Shown piece by piece: positions 13,673 to 25,412 of a stretch of DNA of 64,000 bases. Under the pieces are notes generated by a model. The model saw nothing but the letters and a program-made list of their open reading frames with translations. It made no database searches and was not told where the DNA came from. The DNA comes from Cycas panzhihuaensis (Eukaryota > Plantae > Cycadophyta), in assembly GCA_023213395.1 (NCBI GenBank), contig CM041465.1, forward strand, positions 233,561,741-233,625,740, read 5' to 3'. Every line of letters begins with the position of its first letter. Within the stretch, counting starts at the first letter, position 1. The position numbers were made by a program, and so were the translations under genes.

Positions 13673-14217
13673 AAAGTTAGTACATTAATGAGCCATTGAA
13701 ACTTGGTGAAGATTAGAGGGATTATGATAGGATGTAAAGATCCATCATTTTAGCTATGCAACTCAACCAAAAACGGATCCATAGGTATATCAACAAAGGG
13801 GAAGGAAGATATGTGGCCAGACCCCACTTAGTTAAATGCTATATACAAGTTTTTGAATTTTCCATGGATGAAATTCAATTATTTTTCTAAAATCTATTCC
13901 TACTTGATGAAAATCAGATTTCCATGTATTAGAAATGCTACAGGCCAAATTCAAAGCTCTAAAATTTTCTCACATAAGAGTTGATTTTTATGTATACATC
14001 ATGACAACCATAAATATTGATTTTTAACCATTAAATGAGGATGTAAGGGCTCAAAGAAGACTATAGTTGTGTGGAGGCCACATGGACTTGGTATAGGCCA
14101 TATAAAGTGGCCTCAAGGCTATATGATTGTGTATACAATTTGTACATATTGTGGGGCCCACTTACAAATTAAATAACCAAAAGGATGAAACTTGACCAAA
14201 ACTTTATAGGTAGATTT

Positions 14218-14990
14218 TTTTTAGGACAATTTGCAAGGAAAATGACAATGCACAAACACTAAACAAGCAATGAAACCAAAAGAGAGTACAAGAGAACAAC
14301 ACAGATTTTTTACGTGTAAAATCCTGGCAAAGTGCCAAGATAAAAAACCACTAGGCAAAGGTCTTTCCTTTATTAGCAGTAAGATTAGAAGTATATTTTT
14401 TTTTTTCATCCCATCAATACAACAACTTGATTAAAAAAAAAACACCAACTCCAAAACCACACCAAAAAATAGAGCCAAAAAAGCAAAAAGCAAAATTTTC
14501 TTTGTCTGTGACCTATTAGCCGTGTTCGAAACGGCCTACGGCCATACCGTAGCCTAATGACAACAAACAACTTTTAGCTGCCTAGGGGGGCAGCAGTCTG
14601 CCCCCTTGGGACTCCCCAACAATTTTTGCACCTAGCACAATGCTCAGTGCGAGGAAAATTTTACACATCAAATGTACAATCATCATATTGGAAACTAGAA
14701 TTGACTTCACATCCAACAAATCAACCATTAAGAACTCAGGAAATTGTGGAAATGAACTCAAAAATTGAAACCCTAATATATGAAAGAAATCAAGGGCAAA
14801 ATGATGATAAAAGAATGCATAAAAACCCGAACTTTAATGGGAGAAAAATTATGAAAATTTAGAGCTATGATTCAAATTTACAAATAGACCTTTTGGGTGG
14901 ACTAAAACTTAGAAACCATTTATTTAAATGGTTGAAAATTATATTTTAATGGATAAGTCCTCATTTTATGGCACCAAACCCTTGTTGAGT
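14218..14990 (-). mobile_element. Probable LTR remnant (copia-type)
   Basis: ACACAGATTTTTTACGTG...AAAAACCAC motif typical of plant copia LTRs in reverse orientation; boundaries uncertain. Confidence 0.35.
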
Positions 14991-16358
14991 ACATTGGCCA
15001 TTATCGCCATTTGTTATAAACAGAATTTTATTCATCAAACTATGTGAAACTAGGGTATTTGATGGCTGAAATGATCTATTATGATGTATTGCTCTCTTAG
15101 GGTTGTGTATGCATGCATGGTGAAACCCTACCATACTAAGGTTTATATGTTTCTATGGTTGAATGTTGCTTATTGTGTTTAGAAGGGTGCATGCAAATTA
15201 TTAAGAAGCTATAGGTGATGTTTCATGGTTAATTGATGCTCTACATGCATTGAGTATGTGCTTAATAATAAATTTATGATTAATACACCCATGGTTTTAT
15301 GTGGTGAAACACAAAGTTATGATGTTGCAGTAGGATGACCCATAGACTAGGAGTATAGGATGCTTACATTGGATCCATGCCTCTTAGGTAGATTTGGCGG
15401 GCCCATAAGAGGCTTAATACATTTTTCTATTTGGCGCATGCATACCCTGAGTTGGCTTTGTAAGTCCCTTGTTAGTGGCCTAAGACATGCTTGTGTGGCT
15501 CTAAGTCTTGTAAAGTTTTATGCTATTTGGGTTGTAATGCTTGTTGGTACTCTTGGGTTGGTAAGAGATCAAGTTCGAAGAAAGTGGTAACTGATTACCT
15601 GTTGAGGATTGAGAGAGCTCAGTTCTCCTCCCTTATGCTACCATCTAGACTTGCACATGGTCAGTGCTTCCAAGATGAGCTAAAAACTCAAGGTGCATCC
15701 TTCCTAATAATGGAGAGATCATTCCATAAATGATGATGGTTTCCAGTGCACCTAAGGAGGTTGGACTACTGTGTGTGGTCATCTCATGTCTAAAAATGAG
15801 GCCTTGACACCATTTCCATGCTAGCACAGCAGGTTGTGTTGTCTGCAGATTTAGGCCGTTGCAAATGGAGGTTTATGGTGGATTTTCATTCTCTTTAGGA
15901 GGTGGCCACTTGATTCTATCCATGTGGTGGGGGCAATGCATATGAAGATGCCTTGTGGTGGGCTCACAACCAATAAGCTACAAGTCCTTCACCTATAACC
16001 CTCGCTAATGGTCTGACTCCAACTTGAATATCAATTTATAATTGATTGTTTAACAAATTATTTGAGAAAACAAACTCATCCAGCTTCTTATGCAAATCCA
16101 TGATTTGCGACATAGTGGTGGCCATGAGTTTGGAAAACTCATCTACTTCATATTGCACTTGTTTGTTTTATGATTCCATGTTTTTCAATGCACAAGTATC
16201 TCTTCTTCTCTTGGCCATTTGAAATCCCTGTAGGTATCTACAGATATCTCAATCAATTTGGACTTCTTCTACATTACTTTAATTGGTCAATCTTGAAACC
16301 CATTCGCATGCAATTGAAGTCTATCCAACAATTGAACTGAATTATTCCTAGGTGTAAA

Positions 16359-16560
16359 TGTTAGAATATAATGTTTTATCTAGGAACATTAGAGAAAGGG
16401 GGCAATGTGTTTGAGACCCTCATTATATTTAATTCTTATGTTTAATGTTACAATCATGTAACGGTTATGAAGTTTGTTGTATATAAAGGAGGTTTCTCTC
16501 CATCAATAATCAATAGAGTGATTCCATTCTTCCTTAGTGTTGGGGGTCTGATTTTCCACA
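16359..16560 (+). repeat. 5' LTR of copia 16359-21641
   Basis: TG...CA followed by tRNA-Met(i)-type PBS. Confidence 0.95.
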
Positions 16561-17290
16561 TGGTTTCAGAGCAGGGAAATTTGCTTGCCCGAAGAGAAAT
16601 AGTCAAAGAATTGTTGAAGGAGAATAATAATACTCGAAGACAAAGATTGATTTAAAGCGTTGAGACAAAGATCAAAATTCAGAAGACCAAAAGACTGCAG
16701 AAGCTCCACTGTATAGAATCGTACAGACTTGTACAAACAAAATTTTGAAGGTTGTTAGAATTCAACGAAACTTGGCCAGATTGAAGATCTCATCAAGGGC
16801 GTCATTTTCTTCAACTACGTCGAATTGATCTGAAATCATCTTGATGTCGTTTTCCCCCTCTGAACAATCCACGCAGATTTAGGGCTTCTCCATCAAATTT
16901 CTCTTAGATTTCTTCGAGTTTCCAGGTAATACTTGTTCTAAACTCAATGCTTGTACCTTTCAAAGACATCAAGACCAATTTTGAAGAGAATTTTTCCAAA
17001 TTTGAAGTTTTTTTAGCATTTTTTCAAAAAACCCTAGTTACTAATTTTGACTTTTTGGGCCAGTTTTCTCCTAAACTAGAAACTGCCTTCAAAATTTGAC
17101 TGCAGATATGAACTTGTCTTGAAATTCTCTTTGGTTTGACATACTCATTTCTTAAATCCGTACACTTTGATTTTTGTACAGAAATCCGTATGACTGTACG
17201 GTTTGGCATTGATTGTAGGCATTAAAATCTTTGATATTCATCTTTTTGACTCTATTAGTCCTTTTGAATTTTTCCTCAACCAAGTTCATC

Positions 17291-20200
17291 ATGGCATCCT
17301 TGATTCCAGGCCTAAGTGTCACTAATAAATTGACTGGAAATAACTATAATGGATGGAGGATTAAAATGGAAGCCCTCTTATGTGCTAAAAATGCATGGAA
17401 ACTGACCATAGGAGAAGAAAAAATGCTCGATGCTGAAGAAGATGCTCAAAAGAATTGGAAAGAAAGAAATAATGTAGGAGTAATAACGTTAAAACTATTT
17501 GTTTCTAATTATTTATTGATATATACAGACAAACTAAATACTTGCTCTCAAATATGGAAAACCCTAGAAAATCTATATGCTCAAAAGAATAGAGCAAGGA
17601 TTGTTACTCTAAAAGAAGAACTATTTAAACTGGTTATGAAAGAAATAGACACTGTAGCTGACTTCATTCACAAGGTCACCACTATCCGGAATGAACTTTT
17701 GAGTACTGGGGAAGTAATTTCAGAAAAGGAAATTGTTGAAATGGTAGCAAGAAAACTTCCCAAGGCCTTTGATGTGACCATTAATACCATTACCAATACC
17801 GGCATAATTGAAGAAATATCACTTGATGATTTGACTGGCATGTTGATGAGACAGGAACAAAGGAATAGAAGATACGAAGATGAAATAGAAGATGCCTTTG
17901 CAACAAGACTCAACATAGGAGGCTCAAGAGGAAGAGGGCACTTCAGAGGAAGAGGATGCACATCAGAGTTCAAGACTCCTTCATGTGGAAGATGGCCAAA
18001 AAACTGAGGTTGGGGTTGCATGTACACTCCAAGAGATGCTCAGGTTTGCTTCCATTGCGGCAAACATGGTCACTTTTCAAGTCAATATCAGATGTTTAAT
18101 ATCTATTATCACTGTAGACAGTCGGGGCACTATCTGTATCAATGTCGTCAAAGAAGAGATGAGATTCAGAGAGGGAAAAGACCTGTCGGCAACTACATCA
18201 AGGATCAATTAGAGGAGGAAGAAGAAGAAGAAATAGCTTTCGTTGCTGCCCTATCAACTAGTCTTCATGACTCTGATGTATGGTTCATCGACTTAGGGGT
18301 GTCCAGGCACATGACAAACACAAGGATTAGTTTGAGTCAATCAAAAGCTATTCATCAAAGGCAGTCGAGCTTGGAGATAAGCACCCTTTGAGTATTGAAG
18401 GAGTAAGAACTATTGCCATAAATTTGCAAGGTTCTGTGAAAAAGGTTGGTAATGTAATCTTTGTACCTGAACTCGAGATGAATCTCTTGTTAGTATCTCA
18501 ACTAAGCAACAAGGCTTGAGAACCATTTTTGATGAAAAGGGAATGTGCTATGTGTTGGATATAAAAAATGGAGGTGCTGTCATTGCTAAGGGAGTGAATT
18601 ACAATGATCTGTACAAATTGTTGTCAATTCCTGTTGATCCCAACATAGATATAAAAGCATTCTCTATTGTAAATCCCAATAATAATAAAGTATGGCATTT
18701 GAAGTATGGACACCTTCCCTTGGATAAATTAAAAATGATAAAGAAAAATAATGTAGTAAATGGTCTTCCTTCCATCTCATCAGAGGATTTTGTTTGCAAA
18801 GGCTCTCAATGTGGAAAACAACATCATTTTCCCTTTAGAACTAATAAATGTTGTGCTCAAGAGAAACTAGAGTTAATACACATAGACTTGTGTGGTCCTC
18901 TAACACCTCTATCTATAAATGGTTCTAGATATTTCTTAATCTTCATTGATAATTCCACTAGAATAGTGTGGGTGTATTTCATTCATAATAAGCCAGATGT
19001 GTTTGATACATTTAAGGAATTTAAAACTGAGATAGAGTTAGAATCAGGATGTAAAATCAAATGTATCAAGTTAGACAATGGAGGAGAATATATCTCAAAG
19101 GAATTCCTTGACTTCTGCAAAGCTAGGGGCATTCAGAGATAGTTCATAACTCCTTATACACCTTAGTCAAATGGTGTAGTTGAATGAAAGAATAGAATTA
19201 TAATGGAAATGGCTTGAAGTATGATCCATGAAAAACAAGTTTTGAGGGCCTACTGGGCAGAGGTAGTAAATACAACTCATTACCTAATCAATCAAAGTCC
19301 AACAATAGCACTGCAGTAGATAACTCTAGAAGAAGCCTGGACTGGAAGGAAACCTGATTTAAGTAATCTAAGAATCTTTGGTAGTCAGGCCTTTGTATAT
19401 ATTCTAGATAAATCTAGGACAAAACTAGATTCAAAATGCATAGAATGTGTTATGGTAGGGTACAATAAAACCTCACGAGGGTACAAATGCATAGATCCCA
19501 AGACAAATAAAATCTATGTAAGTAGAGATGTAGTCTTCAATGAAGATTTTCCATTCGAGGTCAAGTCTCCAATACAAACAATTGAAGGAATGGCCAGAAT
19601 CAAATCTCAAGAAGAACTATTTGTTGAAAAATCAGGAGTGACGACAGAACTAGAACTAGAAGAATAAAAATCTATTTCTCATAGTGAAGAAGAACCTTTA
19701 TCAGAAGAATCAGCTTCAAAAGCACCACAGAAAAAGGTACCAAAATGGTACATCAAAACCATAGAAGAAGGAAAAGGAGATATGTTCACACATAGGACCA
19801 GAAGTCAACAACAACAGCATCAAGCCCTCTTCAGCAGACTACAACCATAATCATTTGAAGAAGCGAAAGAGCATGCTGAGTGGAGAACAGCCATGGATGC
19901 AGAGATGGATGCCATAGCCAAGAATCAAACATGGGACCTGGTAGAACTACCTCCCAATAAGCCAGTAGTTAATTGCAAATGGGTGTACAAAATAAAAGAG
20001 AGTGCAGATGGAAAAATAGAAAAATTCAAAGCAAGATTTGTGGCAAAAGGATACACCCAGACTGTTAGAATTGACTTTGATGAGACTTTTTCACTTGTGG
20101 CAAAAATGAATACAGTTCAAACAGTGATAGCACTAACAGCTCAAAAGAACTAGAAAATCTACTAGTTAGATGTTAAAAGTGCCTTTCTGCACGAAGAACT

Positions 20201-21430
20201 GGAAGAAGAAGTTTACATGCACCAACCCGAAGGCTATGTCCAGTCTGGACAAGAATACCGAGTATGTAAACTCAAAAAGGCACCGTATGGTTTGAAATAG
20301 GCCCCCAGGGCGTGGTACACTAGACTAGACCAATATCTATCCCATAATGGCTTCCAAAGGAGCAATTTTAGTTCAAGTCTCTACATAAAAAGAAATAATG
20401 GAATAATTTCAATTATAGTAGTCTATGTTGATGATATGATACTCACTAGAGATGACACCAAGTCTATCTCAGACATAAAAAGTCAGTCAGAAAAGGATTT
20501 TGAGATGATTGACTTCGGGTCCTTTGAACTACTATCTAGGAATAGAAATTGAGCAAAATGAAAAGCATATTGCACTCTCACAAGGCAAGTATATCAGAGA
20601 TATGTTGAATAAGTTCCAAATGGAAAACTACAACAAATGTGCAACCCCTATGGAAGTAAACTACAATCCAGTCCAAGAAGAAGGAGAGCCTTTAGTTGAT
20701 TGCACACTTTACAGACAACTGATTGGAAGTCTTATTTATCTCACTGCCACAAGACCTGACATCTCACATTCAGTAGGTCTAGTTTCCAGATACATGCAGG
20801 AGCCCAAGTTAAAACTTTGGAAGGCTGCAAAAAGAATATTTAGATACCTGAGAGGGACAATAGATCTAAGATTGGTATACAACAAAGAAGAGTCAACACA
20901 ATTGATTGGGTATTGCGATTACGGTAGGCGGTGATAAGGATACTAGAAGATCCACCAGTGGATATTGTTTCTTCCTTGGGTCAGTTGTCATTTCATGGTG
21001 TAGTAAGAAGCAACTCACTGTTGCACTTTCTTCTTTGGGTCAGTTGTCATTTTATGGTGCAGTAAGAAGCAACTCACTGTTGCACTTTCTTCAACCAAAG
21101 CAGAATACAAATCAGCAGTCAGTGCAACTTGTGAAGCTCTTTGGCTCCGACAACTACTAAGAGACATGAACCAACTACAACAAGAACCAACGATGTTGCT
21201 CTATGATAATCAAAGTGCAATTAAGCTGGCCAAAAACCCTTCTAGCATGCATGAACAAAGCACATAGAAGTGCATCGTCACTTCATTTGAGAAATGGTGC
21301 AAAATAAAGACATCGATCTAACATATTGCCCAACAACAGATCAAGTTGCAGATATATTAACAAAAACACTTGGGAGAGAGAAGTTTGAAACTCTTAGAGA
21401 AAGATTAGGTTTAAAAAGGATAAAACATTA
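17291..21430 (+). pseudogene. Copia gag-pol (GAG-PR-INT-RT-RH), disrupted
   Basis: ORFs 17231-18007, 18020-18391, 18516-19142, 19452-19667, 19893-20153, 20509-20934, 20906-21160 in copia domain order. Confidence 0.95.
20968..21092 (+). repeat. 59-bp tandem duplication in copia RNase H
   Basis: TTTCTTC(C/T)TTGGGTCAG...GTTGCAC twice; TTTCTTC at 20968, 21027 and 21086. Confidence 0.95.
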
Positions 21431-21438
21431 AGAGAGGG

Positions 21439-21641
21439 TGTTAGAATATAATGTTTTATCCTAGGAACATTAGAGAAATGGGGCAATGTGTTTAAGACCC
21501 TCATTATATTTAATTCTTATGTTTAATGTTACAATCATGTAACGGTTACAAAGTTTGTTGTATATAAAGGAGATTTCTCTCCATCAATAATCAGTAGAGT
21601 GATTCCATTCTTCCTCAATGTTGAGGGCCTAATTTTCTACA
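21439..21641 (+). repeat. 3' LTR of copia 16359-21641
   Basis: Follows PPT AGAGAGGG; matches 5' LTR. Confidence 0.95.
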
Positions 21642-22786
21642 CTAAATGTGCTCTTCCAAATAATTAATAACAATTTTGGTTTTGCCATTATCGTTTTTTA
21701 TTGGTATATCTTGAAATGTTGCTATAAGTTCGAGGATCCATTTGTCTATGTCGATTGTGTCCTTTATGGTGAATGTGGGATGATGAGTTATTCATTGTAC
21801 TGAACATCTGTGTTGGTAGCATTTTTAGGACCATTATTGCTATCAAGTGAGGATTCAGACTTAGTTTCTATAAGAATGGATAGTTTGTTGTCAATTTGTT
21901 TCATCCATTCCTTAATGAAATTGAGGGCGAGAACTGATGTTTTTGGTGGAGTCATCCTTGGTAGCCATTTTGGATTTTTTTCTTGTATTTGATTGTGGTG
22001 GGTTTTTGGCTCTTGAGGGAAGTTGTAGTATCACATAGATTTTTTTGTTGCTTTTGTAGACTTTGCAAAGAAATTCCAGAAGGTCAAAAAATTAAGTAAA
22101 GCACCTTTTCATTAATTTAGCACCAAAAACATATGATCATTGGATAAAATCAAGAAGGGTAGACTTCAAATGATTATCCAATGTAGTTTGATTAAAATTA
22201 AACTTTAGAAATAAAGCATTTTGAAATAACAAACCATTGTTTTGAGTATGCAGTTCATTGCCACCACATTTGAGATTGTCTACTTACAACAAAGGGTAGA
22301 AAAGGCCGAGAGATCCTTATGGAAGGATTTGGATAATGTCAGAGGGCTCACGGAATGATTCTAGGAGCCAAGAAAATTGCATAATGCTTCAAAACAAAAA
22401 ATTAACAACTGTTGTTCCAATGTTTTTTAGCTACTGTGGAGAAACTAAGTTGAGCATGTTCTTGAGACAACTACAATGAGACCTGGAGGCTAATGGGCAA
22501 ACCCACAAGAAAAGAAAGGCCAAACATTGACTTGTAATTAAGCCCATGATCTTGTAGAGTTGCTACCAACAATTTAGATGCTATGTTCAGATTTCGAATG
22601 CAGTTATTGCAAATTTCATGTGTTGAGGGATCTGAACACTATGGCTTGGTGAAGGAGCATTCAATGAATGCTACAATTGGATTGTGCCAAATCCGATACC
22701 ACTTATAATGGACCAATGTTCCACTACTTGATAATCGATTATTCATAACGATTTTCATAAATAAATTGCCAAATGCAAGAAATTGA

Positions 22787-23093
22787 TGTGGAAACAATGA
22801 TCGAGAAAACTTTGAATAGGAAAATTAATTTCTTCTTGCACGAAGAGATTTGTATTGAAAAATGATTCTTCAATATATCCATACAAGGGATTCAGAGGAT
22901 ATTTATGCTAGTATGCTCGACAACTCTTCATGGTTCACTACTTTTCATGTTCATGATGGTTCAAATCCTAGTTCTATATTATCATTAAGTAGTCAAACTA
23001 ACTAATGATAGTTATTAATATGAGTTGTGGGACCCACAACAAATTCATTAACACTTCATATCTTAGTCCTTAATTCTTGTTGTATACACAACA
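22787..23093. mobile_element. Possible solo LTR (~307 bp)
   Basis: TGTGG...CAACA termini and LTR-like composition; no TSD found. Confidence 0.3.
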
Positions 23094-23094
23094 T

Positions 23095-23917
23095 TGTTGA
23101 CTTAAGGATTCCACACCCTTGTGGGATCAATACACTTGTCAAGGTTACACAGCGCTATAGTCTAGTTCAGGATATTGTCAACATGGTTATTCACATACAT
23201 TCCACATCTATTTCACATATATTTCACAGAATGATACACAGCAGTACAGAAATCAATACATACTCAGCAAATCATCATCACAACACCAAGAATACACCAT
23301 TTTCCACGTAACTCTTCCTTTTATTAAGTAATCAAGTCAATTTACGGAGGTGGAATGCATACATGCATTCCAAAGACATATCCTTCTGTTACATATGCGT
23401 ACCTAGATGGTACTTATCATACGATGATGCTCCAAATGGTCATCATACATCGCCTCCTGCACCTTTGCGTACCCGTGATAATCGGCTCTCACCCTAACTT
23501 GGTGAATCATGCGTACCTCCTTAAGTACTCATGTTGGTACCTTTTGGCTGAAGGGTTATAACTGCCTGTCATAACCGTACCCCTTCAGTCATGCACCCTT
23601 TCACTAATCACTTGTTTAGGCACTTGATTAATCATCCTTTGTGTTCGTATGTCCGTACGTACGTCTGGCACCTCAACAGGTCTTCACTGGTCCCTTTGAG
23701 TCATGCGTACCGCTTCTGCTCGGTTCCGTTTCGCCGTTGGTACGTATCTGTCATATGTACCCGTTCTAGGTACGTACCTGTCATACGTACCCAGAATGCT
23801 GATTTTTCTGCTATTCTGCCTCGTGCATACCTCCGTACGGTCTGTACCTGCACAACTCAGGTTATCTGACCTACCTCTGGTCCTCACACAGCCATTGGAT
23901 CACTTTTGACTCCAACA
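23095..23917 (-). repeat. 3' LTR of gypsy (823 bp, CGTAC-rich)
   Basis: TGTTGAC...TCCAACA, homologous to 37414-38225. Confidence 0.95.
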
Positions 23918-24002
23918 TCTATCCCGGGTCAACAGTTATGGGTTTGAGCATCCTTGCTCAGCAAAACTCAAAAATTTCGGGGTATCCCTCCCCCACTCTG
24001 TC

Positions 24003-25087
24003 TCAAGGTGGCTCCTGCTGCCTCTGTCCTCCCAAAATTTCCTCATTTATTTGTGTCAGGGTGGCAATAATGGCATTCTCCTCCTTTATTTTGTCCTGAA
24101 GGGCAGTTATCTTAGCTTTGTACCCTTCCTCCATTTCCTGAATCATTTGGATGATAGGTCCCGCTTTATCCTGTGGTGTAGGAGGTGCTGAAGGTTCCCC
24201 TGCCTCCGTTGCTGGTGGGAAGTCTTCCCATTCTTCCCAGGATGCTTCTGCTTCCTCTTCCTCCTCTTCCTCCTCTTCTTCTCCCTTCTTTCCTTTTCCT
24301 CGTCTACGGGCAACCTGTTTTGTCCGAAGGGGAAAGGATGTTCTTGGCGTCTTCTGTAGCCAGGTAAGTACCTTTTGCATTTGTTTTTGTACTTCCTCTT
24401 CGCTTCTAGACTAGTCACTGTGTCTGGGAATTCTGCTGCCCACTATTTGATAATTGGCTCCCGAGGAGAGATAGTAGTCCTGGTCAGGTGTACTTCTGGA
24501 CATTGGTAGAATAGAATCGCCAAAAGTAATGAAGGATGGCGGAATGGATGTGTCCTAATCTCCTGTAGCTGTTGCCTCATGTTTTCTGCCAAGAACTCTG
24601 ACTAATTCATTTTTTCTCCATCCCGAATCTTCAACAATACCGGCATCATGCCTCCCTGAATGTAGGTGTACTTTCTCTTGGACAGAAATCTGGAATTGAT
24701 CACTTTGGCCACCCACTGAACTCTGGCATCCATAATGTCTGCTACCCTGATTCCGCCGGACATAATCTGAGTGTTGGGTTGGCATAATTCCCTCAGCCAC
24801 ATTTCCCGGTCCACTTCTGACCTCTTTGTTCCTAGTGGAACCTCTCCCTCCTTGGGAAGTCTAGTAATGGTATGGACTATGTCTGCGTCCATTTTGGCCT
24901 TCCTGCTATCCTCCTTCAGGGCCATTAGGATTTGGTCCATCAGTTCGGGGTCATAGTACATGGGGTTACAGTAAATGTAGTCTCCCCAGCCTGCCTGCTT
25001 AACCTTGGCCTGAAATGGAGCTGGTAGGGCTTGTAGGTCTTGCTTTAGCTTCGGTATGTAGGCCTCCTGGCACCTTGTTGTCCTCAT
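24003..25087 (-). pseudogene. Extra ORF downstream of integrase, PMD / plant-transposon-protein-like (~360 aa; 2 stops, 1 frameshift)
   Basis: MRTTRCQ...KQAGWGDYI...IVHTITRLPKEG...KMN*SEFLAENM...IIK*W then a frameshift into RRRGKGKK, poly-E and a coiled-coil-like tail; both TAG stops are one transition from TGG/CAG; family call from motif resemblance only. Confidence 0.6.
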
Positions 25088-25242
25088 GATGGCTGTGGAG
25101 TCCCAGAGATAAGAAAGAAACCTAAGCGTACAATTGGAACCGCATGTACGTACCTCTGAAGAACGCTTGCCGTTACCGGCTTGCGCATCTTGTGATGCGT
25201 ACCGGAGCAATCTCTTGCGTACCGTTTTTCGGAGTCTGTTCC

Positions 25243-25412
25243 GCTCTGCGTACCGCACGAGAATGCTCGCAGGTACATAATGATTTATTGTTTTGCGGAT
25301 TTTTGTCTTATACGTGCCCTTGGTACGTATAGTGTTAATAGCTTCCATTATACGTACTCGATTGCGTACTTCCTTTGGTACGTATAATGTAACTAATCGC
25401 TTCAGTATCTTT
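25243..25412. repeat. Hairpin-repeat array, left part (split by nested insertion)
   Basis: TATACGTGCC-CTT-GGTACGTATA (25309-25331); CATTATACGTAC...GTACGTATAATG (25346-25389). Confidence 0.8.

Larger units (their letters stand above)
16359..21641 (+). mobile_element. Full-length Ty1/copia LTR retrotransposon (inactivated)
   Basis: LTRs 16359-16560 and 21439-21641 (~94% identical), TSD GTAAA/CTAAA, PBS TGGTTTCAGAGC 16561-16572, PPT 21431-21438; gag 17291-, CCHC, protease WFIDLG, integrase LELIHIDLCGP, RT YVDDM, RNase H; stops and frameshifts. Confidence 0.97.

Noticed and set aside
23027-23909. ORFs within the gypsy LTRs (also 37136-38269)
   Set aside because: Low-complexity translations of GTAC-rich LTR DNA, with different frames in the two LTR copies
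24003-25087. Retroviral-type env gene
   Set aside because: No signal peptide or convincing transmembrane helix; highly charged composition
25088-25348. N-terminal ~87 aa of ORF 24602-25348 as real protein
   Set aside because: It runs through the non-coding hairpin array from a non-conserved start; the ATG at 25087 is more plausible
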